Origin: Klebsiella pneumoniae
GTDB taxonomy: Bacteria; Pseudomonadota; Gammaproteobacteria; Ga0077536
Reading direction: 5' to 3'
NCBI GenBank assembly: GCA_945873015.1
Contig: CAMCBY010000001.1
Span: 1-44,938, forward strand
Length of the DNA: 44,938 bases
Below, one piece after another: positions 21,557-29,577 of the stretch (its first letter is position 1; each line of letters opens with the position of its first letter). Both the position numbers and the translations under genes were made by a program. The notes beneath the pieces were generated by a model. That model saw only the letters and a program-made list of their open reading frames with translations, searched no databases and was not told the DNA's origin.

Positions 21557-22942
21557 ATGCATATCCGCAAATTCGATTTTGACTACAGCCGACGTTTGTT
21601 CATGGACAAGACCGCGCGCGGCATCGGCGGCGCTGGCGTACTGACTTCGCTGTGGGGCGAAATCTGCGCGGCCGGCGACATCACCAAGGCCTATCCTGAG
21701 GAACTGCTCAGCATCGAGGCGTATACCAAGGGTCGCGTCAAACCGGGCGACGTGATGGACGCGGACAGCGTCGATCTGGTGCAGGATCTCATCGATCCGA
21801 TCCTCTATCAGGAGGTCAAACAGGATCGCCGCAAGTTCTACATTCAACCCGAAGAAAACGATGCGACCAAACTTTTTCCTCCCTACTTTCTCGACGCCAC
21901 CATCAAGAATCAGGGCCAGGCCAAATTCGGCGAAGACGGCAACGTCTACACCCAGGACGGCAAACCGTGGATAGGCGGCCTGCCATTTCCCGATGTGCAG
22001 GACGGTTTCCAGGCTATCGCCAACATCACTCTGAGTTGGGGTCGCCACGACAAAGCGCTGTACCCCATTCCGGCGGTCACTCTGGACAAGGAAGGCGAGG
22101 CTAAATACGAATACGACTGGGTGTGGGGCGAGCAACAGTGCGCCGGCCTCGTCCATCCCGATGCCGGTGGCCCCTACTACCAGGGCCGCGAAGATCTGAC
22201 CCGCATGCAAGTCATCTGGTTTACCTACACGCCGGAAATGAAGGGCACCGCCTTTCTGAGTCATTGGGCCTACGACCAGCGCAAGATTCCCGACCTGTGG
22301 GGTTATCTGCCGACCATCAAACGGGTGCGCCGCTTTCCCGCCGACCAGCGTTTCGAGCCCTATATGCCGGGCATGAATCTTTATCTGTCTGATGCCTGGG
22401 CGTCCGGCGACCCGATGCTGACCTGGGGCAACTTCAAGGTGATTCATCGCGGCCCGATGCTGGCCTCGGTGCATTCGCAATGGCACGCAGACAACGAAAA
22501 CTGGCTGCCTCCGCTGGTCGGTGGCAAACAGGACAAAACCTACTATTACGTTGGTAAATCGCTGATTCCGGAAGTCATCGTGTTCGAAGGTGAACCGACC
22601 GGCTTCGGCCGCGCACCGGTCAGCAAACGCCGCATCTACATGGATGCGCGCATGATGGGGCCCAGCATGGCGGTCAGTTACGACCGCCGTGGCGAGGTGT
22701 GGAAAGGCTTCGAAGGAGGCGGCTCGCAGGCCAAGACCGATACCCAACAAATGTCGGCCAAGGACGGCCGTCCGGAATGGAGTTGGTGGTGGGCAACCAG
22801 TCACGACGTACAGCGCAACGACGTGACACGCTTCCATCACGGCAAGAGTTGCCGTGGTTTCGAAGGCGCGGCGCTCGATCCGGATTACAACCTGGTGGAG
22901 CGATATATGACCGAGCAGGCCATGCGCCGTCTCGGCACCTGA
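21557..22942 (+). CDS. DUF1329-like periplasmic protein with twin-arginine signal
   Basis: ATG 21557 follows GGGGAG. The N-terminus has the Tat-like motif SRRLFMDK plus a hydrophobic stretch. The central GGLPFPD...ANITLSWGR and YLPTIKRVRRFPADQR resemble the DUF1329 hallmarks (G.PFP, NH..R, RRVRR). Confidence 0.55.
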   Translation: MHIRKFDFDYSRRLFMDKTARGIGGAGVLTSLWGEICAAGDITKAYPEELLSIEAYTKGRVKPGDVMDADSVDLVQDLIDPILYQEVKQDRRKFYIQPEENDATKLFPPYFLDATIKNQGQAKFGEDGNVYTQDGKPWIGGLPFPDVQDGFQAIANITLSWGRHDKALYPIPAVTLDKEGEAKYEYDWVWGEQQCAGLVHPDAGGPYYQGREDLTRMQVIWFTYTPEMKGTAFLSHWAYDQRKIPDLWGYLPTIKRVRRFPADQRFEPYMPGMNLYLSDAWASGDPMLTWGNFKVIHRGPMLASVHSQWHADNENWLPPLVGGKQDKTYYYVGKSLIPEVIVFEGEPTGFGRAPVSKRRIYMDARMMGPSMAVSYDRRGEVWKGFEGGGSQAKTDTQQMSAKDGRPEWSWWWATSHDVQRNDVTRFHHGKSCRGFEGAALDPDYNLVERYMTEQAMRRLGT

Positions 22943-22964
22943 GACTCCGGGAAGTTCTGATCAC

Positions 22965-22989
22965 GCGGGGCGCACGCAACGCGCCCCGC
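22965..22989 (+). terminator. GC-rich hairpin after the DUF1329-like gene (terminator-like, weak U tract)
   Basis: 9-bp stem GCGGGGCGC/GCGCCCCGC with a 7-nt loop, further flanked by CTGATC...GATCAG. Only TT follows. Confidence 0.4.
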
Positions 22990-23063
22990 TTGATGAGGAT
23001 CAGCCCGCGGCGCAGCGGCACGCAGGCACAATGGCAATCATCACCTCGGCGGAGACGCGTGCC

Positions 23064-23681
23064 ATGGAATTGCCTCGTTCAGTCCTGCTGCTGACTGCCG
23101 GCCTGTTGTTATGCGCCTGTTCCGGCGGCGATGCGCCGCCGGCGCCCACCGCGGCTGGCGCCACCGAGACCACCGAAGTCACTGCGCCAGGCGCCGTGAT
23201 ACCGCCGCCGGCAATGCCCGCACCGACCGCCGTCGTCAGCGCTGAGCCTGCACCTGCCGCACCCGTATCCGATCCCGCCCCCGTCGCACCGCCCGCAGAC
23301 GCGGCACCTGTCGCCGCCAGCGGCACGGAGTCCAACTACACCGTGCAATGTGCGCCCGGCGCGGGCGCCGCCGAACAATGCAGCGTCGATAAGGACACCT
23401 ACATCGGCTGGCGCACCTTCGCTTCGCAATGCCAGGTCTGTCACGGCGGCAGCGCCCTGGGCTCGACCTTCGCACCGAATCTGCTCGACAGATTTCACGA
23501 GCGCGTCGACCACCCGCGTTTCGTTGAGGTGGTGACGAATGGTTTTCGTGGTCAGGTCGGCGCGATGCCCGCCTGGAAGGGCAATCCCAATGTCATTCCG
23601 CATGTCGATCAGTTGTACCGTTACCTGAAGGCGCGCGCCGATGGCGCGTTGCCGCCGGGTCGCCCCGCGCGCCAACCCTGA
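23064..23681 (+). CDS. c-type cytochrome (probable lipoprotein, Pro/Ala-rich linker)
   Basis: Heme motif CQVCH with distal GAMPAW Met. The signal ends LLLCACSGG. ATG 23064 (GGAGA 8 nt upstream) is preferred over 23031. Confidence 0.8.
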   Translation: MELPRSVLLLTAGLLLCACSGGDAPPAPTAAGATETTEVTAPGAVIPPPAMPAPTAVVSAEPAPAAPVSDPAPVAPPADAAPVAASGTESNYTVQCAPGAGAAEQCSVDKDTYIGWRTFASQCQVCHGGSALGSTFAPNLLDRFHERVDHPRFVEVVTNGFRGQVGAMPAWKGNPNVIPHVDQLYRYLKARADGALPPGRPARQP

Positions 23682-23798
23682 ATGCAGCCGCGCTCTTGGA
23701 GCAGGCGCGATGAGGCGCACGGTATCGAGATACACTGCAGCGTCGAATCTTAGTCGGCTTGGTTGCCATTTCTACGCCACCCATCAGGATCCCGCGCG

Positions 23799-24179
23799 AT
23801 GCCGATCTCCTATTCCATCGATAGCGAGCACCGCATAGTCAGGACCGTGTGGACGGGTGAGATTACCGCCGCCGATATTCGCAACCATTGGTTGCACTAT
23901 CTCGATGATGCGGTGGTGATGGCGTTGCGTCGCACTTTGACCGACCTGCGTGCGGCCGATGTCAAAGTAAGTGGTGAAGAGATTTACGAATTGATACGCG
24001 ATGTGGTGGTGCCGCGCCTCGACGGTGTCGGCTGGAAAACCGCGATCCTGGTCGCGTAGCCCGATCAGTTCGGCGTTTCCCGCCAGTACCAGGCGTTTGC
24101 GCAATATAGCCAGGACGCGATTTTTCACGATGAAGCCCGCGCGCTGGCGTGGCTGCGGGCGCCATCAGTGCCGCGCTGA
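23799..24179 (+). pseudogene. Small STAS/SpoIIAA-like-fold gene interrupted by an in-frame TAG (24057-24059)
   Basis: The reading is MPISYSIDSEHRIVRTVWTGEITAADIRNHW...GWKTAILVA-TAG-PDQFGVSRQYQAFAQYSQDAIFHDEARALAWLRAPSVPR-TGA(24177-24179). The 39 codons after the TAG stay in frame. They carry the family-typical tail (A.V....FG..R.Y........I..F.D...A..WL). Confidence 0.55.
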
Positions 24180-24189
24180 TGACTGCATC

Positions 24190-24446
24190 GCCGGTGCGAA
24201 TAAATTGGGTGTAGGTCTGAAACTGATGTTACGAACCAAGCGCTTGATAGTACCGAGCTTAATCCCGGCAACAAACTGGGCCGGGTAGGGGCGTTCCGGT
24301 CATTGTGGGTCAGACTTCAGTCTGACACTGTCGTGAAAGCCTCCTGCCGCCAATCGCCTGTGAATGTCAGACTGAAGTCTGACCCACAAAAAGATCACGT
24401 GCCGACGCTCAGTTTGAGACCTACACCCAATAAATTCGCACCGGCT
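24190..24446. repeat. Nested palindromic repeat structure: 37-bp outer inverted repeats enclosing a family-B REP doublet
   Basis: The outer repeat 24190-24226 (GCCGGTGCGAATAAATTGGGTGTAGGTCTGAAACTGA) is the near-perfect reverse complement of 24410-24446. The inner units are 24303-24328 (TTGTGGGTCAGACTTCAGTCTGACAC) and 24364-24390 (its inverse). The same inner doublet recurs at 39079-39160. Confidence 0.75.
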
Positions 24447-24465
24447 CAGGCACCGTCTGCGCCGC

Positions 24466-26259
24466 TCAGAATGCTTCGGCCGCCAGTGCCATGAGGTTAT
24501 CGGCGCCGGCTTCGACCCGCGCGCGATGCACCGAGGTCTCGGGCAGCATGTGCGAGAAAAAGTAGCGCGCGGTGACGAGTTTGTTCTGATAGAAAGTCGC
24601 ATCACCCGCGCCGCGGGTGAGCGCTGCCTGCGCCGCTTGCGCAATCTGCCCCCACATGTGGCCAAACATCACCAGCGCCATGAGATGCAGGTAGGGCACC
24701 GCCGCGGCGCCGGCGTTGTCCGGTTTCATCATCGCGTTGCGCATCAACCAGCCGGTCGCGTTCTGCAGGTCAGCCTGCGCGCAACCGAGGGCCGCGACCA
24801 TCGGCCCCAACACTTCATTGTCCTTATGGGCGGCGATGAAGTCGGCGACGATTTTCATATAGGTGCGCAGCGCGCGACCCCCATTGGCCGGCAGTTTGCG
24901 ACCGACCAGATCGAGCGCCTGGATACCATTGGTGCCCTCGTAGATCATCGCGATGCGTGCGTCGCGCACGAACTGCTCCATGCCCCACTCGCGGATATAA
25001 CCGTGGCCACCGAAACACTGTTGCGCGTTGGTGGCGTTCTCATAACCTTTGTCGGTGAAATAACCCTTGATGACCGGCGTTAACAGACCGATCAAATCGT
25101 CAGCCTGGGTGCGCGCTTCCTCGCTCTCGGCAAGATGGATTAAATCGACCTGCAAAGCGCCCCACAGCGCCAGCGCTCGTGCGCCTTCGTTGAAAGCCCG
25201 CGCGTTCATCAGCATGCGTCGCACATCGGCGTGCACGATGATGGGATCAGCGGCGGCGGACGCGTTCTTGGGGCCGGACAGTGCGCGGCCCTGGATACGA
25301 TCGCGCGCATAGTTGGCGGCGTTCTGACACGCCACTTCCGATATGGCGAGGCCCTGCACGCCGACACCGAGCCGCGCCGCGTTCATCATGATGAACATCG
25401 CGCGCATGCCCTTTTCTTTTTCGCCGATGAGATAACCGGTCGCGCCGTCGTAATTCAATACACAGGTGGCATTGCCGTGGATGCCCATTTTTTCCTCGAT
25501 AGCGCCACACGAGACCGCATTACGCACGCCCGCTGTGCCATCGGCATTCAACAGGAATTTCGGCACGATGAACAATGAAATGCCGCGCACACTGTCCGGC
25601 GAGTCGGGCATCTTGGCCAACACCAGGTGGATGATGTTCTCGCTCATGTCGTGCTCACCGGCGGAGATAAAAATCTTGGTGCCGGTGATGCGATAGCTGC
25701 CATCACTCTGTGGTTCGGCGCGGGTGCGCAACAGACCAAGATCGGTGCCGCAATGGGGCTCGGTGAGATTCATGGTGCCGGTCCACACACCCTCTGCCAT
25801 CTTGGGCAGATAAGTCTGCTGCTGGTCAAGAGAACCAACAGCGCGTATGGCGGCCATCGCACCCAAGGTCAGACCGGGATACATGGCAAAGGCCATGTTC
25901 GATGAGATCAGGAATTCTTCAAACGCATTGGCGATGACATGGGGTAAACCCTGACCGCCGAACTCGGTCGGTACCGAGAGCCCCATCCAGCCACCCGCGC
26001 AGAACTGCTGATAGGCTTGCTTGAAACCGGGAGGCGCGCTCACGCTGCCATCGGCATGGCGGGTGCAACCCACGTCGTCACCGACTTGATTGAGTGGCTG
26101 CAAAACTTCTTCGACGAATTTTGCACCCTCCTCCAGAATTGCGGCAATCAGGTCGGGCGTTGCATCGCTAAAGCCAGGCAGATGGGCATAGTCGGCGATA
26201 CGAATGACGTCGTTCAGAACGAACTGGGTGTCGGCGATGGGCGCCTTGTAGCTCGGCAT
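24466..26259 (-). CDS. Acyl-CoA dehydrogenase (long, about 597 aa, FadE-like with C-terminal extension)
   Basis: ACAD motifs (FGGQGLP, TEPHCGTDLG, GIHGNATC, QCFGGHGYIREWGMEQFVRDARI). The start is set at MPSYKAP (26259), preceded by AAGGAA. The track start at 26370 reads through a MITE fragment. Confidence 0.85.
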   Translation of the reverse strand: MPSYKAPIADTQFVLNDVIRIADYAHLPGFSDATPDLIAAILEEGAKFVEEVLQPLNQVGDDVGCTRHADGSVSAPPGFKQAYQQFCAGGWMGLSVPTEFGGQGLPHVIANAFEEFLISSNMAFAMYPGLTLGAMAAIRAVGSLDQQQTYLPKMAEGVWTGTMNLTEPHCGTDLGLLRTRAEPQSDGSYRITGTKIFISAGEHDMSENIIHLVLAKMPDSPDSVRGISLFIVPKFLLNADGTAGVRNAVSCGAIEEKMGIHGNATCVLNYDGATGYLIGEKEKGMRAMFIMMNAARLGVGVQGLAISEVACQNAANYARDRIQGRALSGPKNASAAADPIIVHADVRRMLMNARAFNEGARALALWGALQVDLIHLAESEEARTQADDLIGLLTPVIKGYFTDKGYENATNAQQCFGGHGYIREWGMEQFVRDARIAMIYEGTNGIQALDLVGRKLPANGGRALRTYMKIVADFIAAHKDNEVLGPMVAALGCAQADLQNATGWLMRNAMMKPDNAGAAAVPYLHLMALVMFGHMWGQIAQAAQAALTRGAGDATFYQNKLVTARYFFSHMLPETSVHRARVEAGADNLMALAAEAF

Positions 26260-26345
26260 GACTGGATTCCTTGGTTGGGCTGGCCGTCGCATCGCGGCGA
26301 CCGGCATTCTGGCATTGTCGTGCCATGAGGTTAACAGGGAGGTGT

Positions 26346-26451
26346 CGTCGGCGGTGCTCGAAATCCTCACGTATTTCCGTATACGCTGCGGTTTCTGCGC
26401 TCCGGCGACGCACGAACTGACTGCGCTCGCTTAATTTTGAGACCGCTTCTA
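26346..26451. mobile_element. Truncated copy of the MITE seen at 13712-13854 (one terminal repeat retained)
   Basis: It aligns to the reverse complement of the full copy from about GTCGGCGGTGCTCGAAA to GAGACCGCTTC-TA. About 40 bp, including the other TIR, are missing. It lies in the divergent ACAD/esterase promoter region. Confidence 0.6.
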
Positions 26452-26474
26452 TTCAACACAAGAGGGGAGACACC

Positions 26475-27383
26475 ATGGCCAGTCCACAAGCTGCCGCAAT
26501 TGATCATTTATTCGACAGTTTCGTCGCTGCGCTGACCGCCAATCCGGCGATGGCTATCGATGAACTGCGCGACATGCTGGAGAAATGCGGCGATCTGGCT
26601 GCCGACCCCGGTGGGGTCGACTACCTTGAAGCCGATGCCAATGGCACACCCTGCCTGTGGGCGGTACCGAAGGGGGCGGCCCAGGACCGCGTGCTGTTGA
26701 GTCTGCACGGCGGTGGCTGTGTGACGGGCTCGCGTTTCTCGCATCGCAAATTATTCGCCCACATCGCCAAGGCGGTGGGTTGCCGCGCACTGATAGTCGA
26801 GTACGGACGCGCGCCCGAGCATCAGCATCCCTCGCAAGTGAACGAATGCGTGAAGGTCTACGAGTGGTTGCTGGCGCAGGGTATCAAGCCTGGCCACATC
26901 GCGACGGTCGGTGATTCTGCCGGCGGCAATCTGTGCACCACCGCTGTGCTCGGCATCAAGGCCCGCGGCCTGGCCCTGCCGGCGGCGGTGATGCCACTCT
27001 CGCCGTGGTACGACATGGAAGCGACCGCGCCGTCCTTCGAGACCAATGCCAAGGTTGAGCGCCTGATCTCGAAAGAGATGTCGGTCGGCATGGCGCAGCT
27101 CTACATTGGCGCAACCTCGCCGCGTGATCCGCTGGTCAATCCGCTGTATGCCGATTTCAGTGGTTACCCGCCCACCTACATCCAGGTCGGCGGTTATGAA
27201 GCCATCATGGATGATGCCACCCGCGTCGCCGCGCGCGCCAAGGCTGCTGGCGTCGAAGTGCGCTGCGACGTTTTTCCCGAAATGCAGCACGTTTTCCAGT
27301 TCATGGCCGGTCGCGCGCCGGAGGCCGACGACGCCATCGCCAAACTGGCCGCGTGGGTGAAACCCAAGCTCGGCCTCGCCTGA
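26475..27383 (+). CDS. Alpha/beta hydrolase, hormone-sensitive-lipase-type esterase
   Basis: 302 aa with oxyanion HGGG (LHGGGCV), nucleophile elbow GDSAGG, and late Asp/His (MQHVF). Confidence 0.8.
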   Translation: MASPQAAAIDHLFDSFVAALTANPAMAIDELRDMLEKCGDLAADPGGVDYLEADANGTPCLWAVPKGAAQDRVLLSLHGGGCVTGSRFSHRKLFAHIAKAVGCRALIVEYGRAPEHQHPSQVNECVKVYEWLLAQGIKPGHIATVGDSAGGNLCTTAVLGIKARGLALPAAVMPLSPWYDMEATAPSFETNAKVERLISKEMSVGMAQLYIGATSPRDPLVNPLYADFSGYPPTYIQVGGYEAIMDDATRVAARAKAAGVEVRCDVFPEMQHVFQFMAGRAPEADDAIAKLAAWVKPKLGLA

Positions 27384-27393
27384 TCCCGCGTTC

Positions 27394-27423
27394 CCGGGGC
27401 GGGCCCATAGCGGCTCGCCCCGG
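27394..27423 (+). terminator. Hairpin after the esterase gene
   Basis: 8-bp GC stem CCGGGGCG/CGCCCCGG with a 14-nt loop, followed by ACTTTG (weak U tract). Confidence 0.45.
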
Positions 27424-27529
27424 ACTTTGCGCAACTCTGCGCACGCTCCTGCCAAATGTGCATTCGCACAACGCGCACCGCACGAATCCAGCACCCTAAG
27501 TAATTTCCGCAAATATCGTATTAATCGGT

Positions 27530-27556
27530 TAAAGGCGACCGTGCCAGCGCCGATAC
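27530..27556 (+). promoter_or_regulatory. Sigma-28 (FliA)-type promoter upstream of the che operon
   Basis: TAAAG(27530-27534)-N14-GCCGATAC(27549-27556), against the enterobacterial consensus TAAAGTTT-N11-GCCGATAA. Spacing is exact and -10 matches 7 of 8. It lies 117 nt upstream of the first MCP start. Confidence 0.55.
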
Positions 27557-27672
27557 CTGTCGTAACCGCGACAGCCTCACAAGTTGATTCGGTTAAACCG
27601 ATTACGCAAGGCCTCTGTCGTCGACACCCACTTACGGTGCCTGGCGCGGCAAACAGAACTTGAGAGAACGAT

Positions 27673-28851
27673 ATGACCCAATCCCACAGTAGCCCAAGCT
27701 GGTATTCCACCGGGCTGGCGGCAGTCTCGGCCGGGGCGCTGGCCACGCTTGGTCCACTGGATGTGACTCACGGCGTGGTCGCCCTCGGCCTGCTCCTCGG
27801 CGGCGTGCTGCTCGACCGTCACACCTACCAACAGCACCGCCGCGCCCTCGCGGTCGCCCTGGCCGCGGAGGCGGCTGCCAGCGACAGCGCGCAGGCCAGC
27901 CAGGATGCCGCGCACGACACCAGCCTCGGCGCCCTTGGTCAGCAGTTGCTGCCGGCCTGGACCCAATTGCTCGCTACCGCGCGCGAGCAGATTGAAATCG
28001 CGGTTGTACATCTGACCCGCGACTTCGCCCATATCGTCGAGCGCCTCGACGGCGCAGTGGCCTCCTCTTATCGCAGCGCCGGCCTCGAGCGTGGCGCCGA
28101 CGGCCGGCCGGACGAGGGCCTGCGCCAGATGGTCGCCGCCAGCGAAGCGCGCCTCGCGTCGGTCGGCGAGATCCTGACCAACACCCTGAACGACAAAGAC
28201 CGGCTGCTCGCCGAGAGTCAGCGCCTCGTGCAGTTCACTTCCGAACTGCAGCAGATGGCGACCGATGTGGCGAGTATCGCTGACCAGACCAACCTGCTGG
28301 CACTCAATGCCGCGATCGAAGCGGCACGCGCCGGCGAAGCCGGGCGCGGTTTTGCGGTGGTGGCCGACGAGGTGCGTACGCTCTCGACCCGCTCCGGCGA
28401 AATCGGCAAGAACATCAGCCAGAAAATCGACTTCATCAATCGCGGCATCCGCGAATCGTCGGCGATGGTCGAAAGCGCCGCCGAGCGCGATTCCCACGCG
28501 CGTCTCGAATGTGAAACCCAGATCTCGAGCGTGGTGGCCGATTTCAAGGTTGCGATGGACAGCCTGAACACTTCCGGCGAACAACTGCGCGCCGAGTCGC
28601 TCGAAATCAAAGACGCGGTATCGGCCGCACTCGAGCAGCTCCAGTTTCAGGACCGCATCAACCAGCTCCTTATGCATGTGACCGAAAACATCACATCGCT
28701 GCAAAGCCAGTTGCAGGACCAACATGCCATATCGCCCGGCGATGTCTCGCGTCTGCTGGCGACACTCGAGCGTTCCTACACGATGGACGAGGAACGCAGT
28801 GGCCACGGCCCGCGTGCCGCCGCCGCCAGTACTGAAATCACTTTCTTCTGA
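27673..28851 (+). CDS. Methyl-accepting chemotaxis protein, membrane-anchored, no periplasmic sensor domain
   Basis: 392 aa. Two N-terminal hydrophobic helices are separated by about 4 residues. The signalling hairpin is [37 protein letters not shown], followed by LQFQDRINQ. Confidence 0.85.
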   Translation: MTQSHSSPSWYSTGLAAVSAGALATLGPLDVTHGVVALGLLLGGVLLDRHTYQQHRRALAVALAAEAAASDSAQASQDAAHDTSLGALGQQLLPAWTQLLATAREQIEIAVVHLTRDFAHIVERLDGAVASSYRSAGLERGADGRPDEGLRQMVAASEARLASVGEILTNTLNDKDRLLAESQRLVQFTSELQQMATDVASIADQTNLLALNAAIEAARAGEAGRGFAVVADEVRTLSTRSGEIGKNISQKIDFINRGIRESSAMVESAAERDSHARLECETQISSVVADFKVAMDSLNTSGEQLRAESLEIKDAVSAALEQLQFQDRINQLLMHVTENITSLQSQLQDQHAISPGDVSRLLATLERSYTMDEERSGHGPRAAAASTEITFF

Positions 28852-28859
28852 GGTCTGCC

Positions 28860-29228
28860 ATGCCTAAAACAATCATGATTGTCGACGACTCCGCATCCCT
28901 GCGTCAGGTGGTAGCCATTGCCCTGAAAGGCGGCGGTTACGACGTACTGGAAGCCTGCGACGGCCGTGACGCGCTGGCCAAGATGACCGGTCAGAAGATC
29001 AATCTCATCATTAGCGACGTCAACATGCCAAACATGGACGGCATCACCTTCGTCAAACAGGTCAAACAGCTCCCCAATTACAAGTTCACGCCCATCATCA
29101 TGCTCACCACCGAATCGCAGGAGGGCAAGAAACAGGAAGGTCAGGCGGCCGGCGCCAAGGCCTGGGTGGTCAAACCGTTCAAGCCCGAGCAGATGCTGAG
29201 CGCAGTGTCCAAGCTGGTGTTGCCGTGA
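28860..29228 (+). CDS. cheY: CheY-like single-domain response regulator
   Basis: 122 aa with the receiver residues DD (IVDDS), D (ISDVNMP), T (MLTTE) and K (KPF). Confidence 0.9.
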   Translation: MPKTIMIVDDSASLRQVVAIALKGGGYDVLEACDGRDALAKMTGQKINLIISDVNMPNMDGITFVKQVKQLPNYKFTPIIMLTTESQEGKKQEGQAAGAKAWVVKPFKPEQMLSAVSKLVLP

Positions 29229-29557
29229 GCGCCGCAACCGGCGCGATGATCGACGACATGCTCGCTGAACCCAAGGCCGCTCTGTGCCTCGCCTTCAGTG
29301 ACGAGCTGACTATCTATGGCGCCGCCAGCCTGCAACCGCGTTTGCAGGAAGCCTTGAGCCGCGGCCAGGAACTCGAACTCGATTTCAGTGATGTGTGTGA
29401 ATTCGACTGCGCCGGCGTGCAGCTTCTGTTGCTGCTGGAGCGCGAATGTCAGGCCTTGAACCGGCCCTTGCGCATCACCGCACACAGCGCCGTCACCACC
29501 GAAGTATTCACGCTGCTCAACCTGCCCCGGTTCCTGGCGCCGGCGGCGGTCGTTTGA
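29225..29557 (+). CDS. STAS-domain protein (anti-sigma-antagonist fold) embedded in the che operon
   Basis: 110 aa. GTG start overlaps the cheY stop (GTGA). STAS core ELELDFSDVCEFDCAGVQLLLLLERE...LRITAHS. The canonical DSSG phospho-serine position reads DCAG. Confidence 0.7.
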   Translation: MSAATGAMIDDMLAEPKAALCLAFSDELTIYGAASLQPRLQEALSRGQELELDFSDVCEFDCAGVQLLLLLERECQALNRPLRITAHSAVTTEVFTLLNLPRFLAPAAVV

Positions 29558-29577
29558 GCGCGTTGCGAGGTTAGTCA

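Noticed and set aside
21551-22840. 429-aa minus-strand ORF
   Set aside because: It is antisense to the DUF1329-like gene and has shadow-ORF composition.
23100-23330. Repetitive-looking GC-rich DNA
   Set aside because: It encodes the Pro/Ala/Thr-rich linker of the cytochrome c lipoprotein. It is low-complexity coding sequence, not a tandem repeat element.
26260-26370. Upstream extension of the acyl-CoA dehydrogenase ORF
   Set aside because: It reads through the truncated MITE copy. MPSYKAP at 26259 has an AAGGAA ribosome-binding site and matches typical ACAD N-termini.
27454-27471. AAATGTGCATTCGCACAA as a collapsed family-A REP
   Set aside because: It is too short and degenerate to call. 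It is mentioned only as a possible remnant.
27577-28806. 409-aa minus-strand ORF
   Set aside because: It is antisense to the first MCP, whose + frame contains the invariant MCP signalling hairpin.
28837-28851. C-terminal EITFF of the first MCP as a CheR-tethering pentapeptide
   Set aside because: The aromatic residues are at -2 and -1 rather than -4 and -1, so this does not fit the xWxxF pattern.
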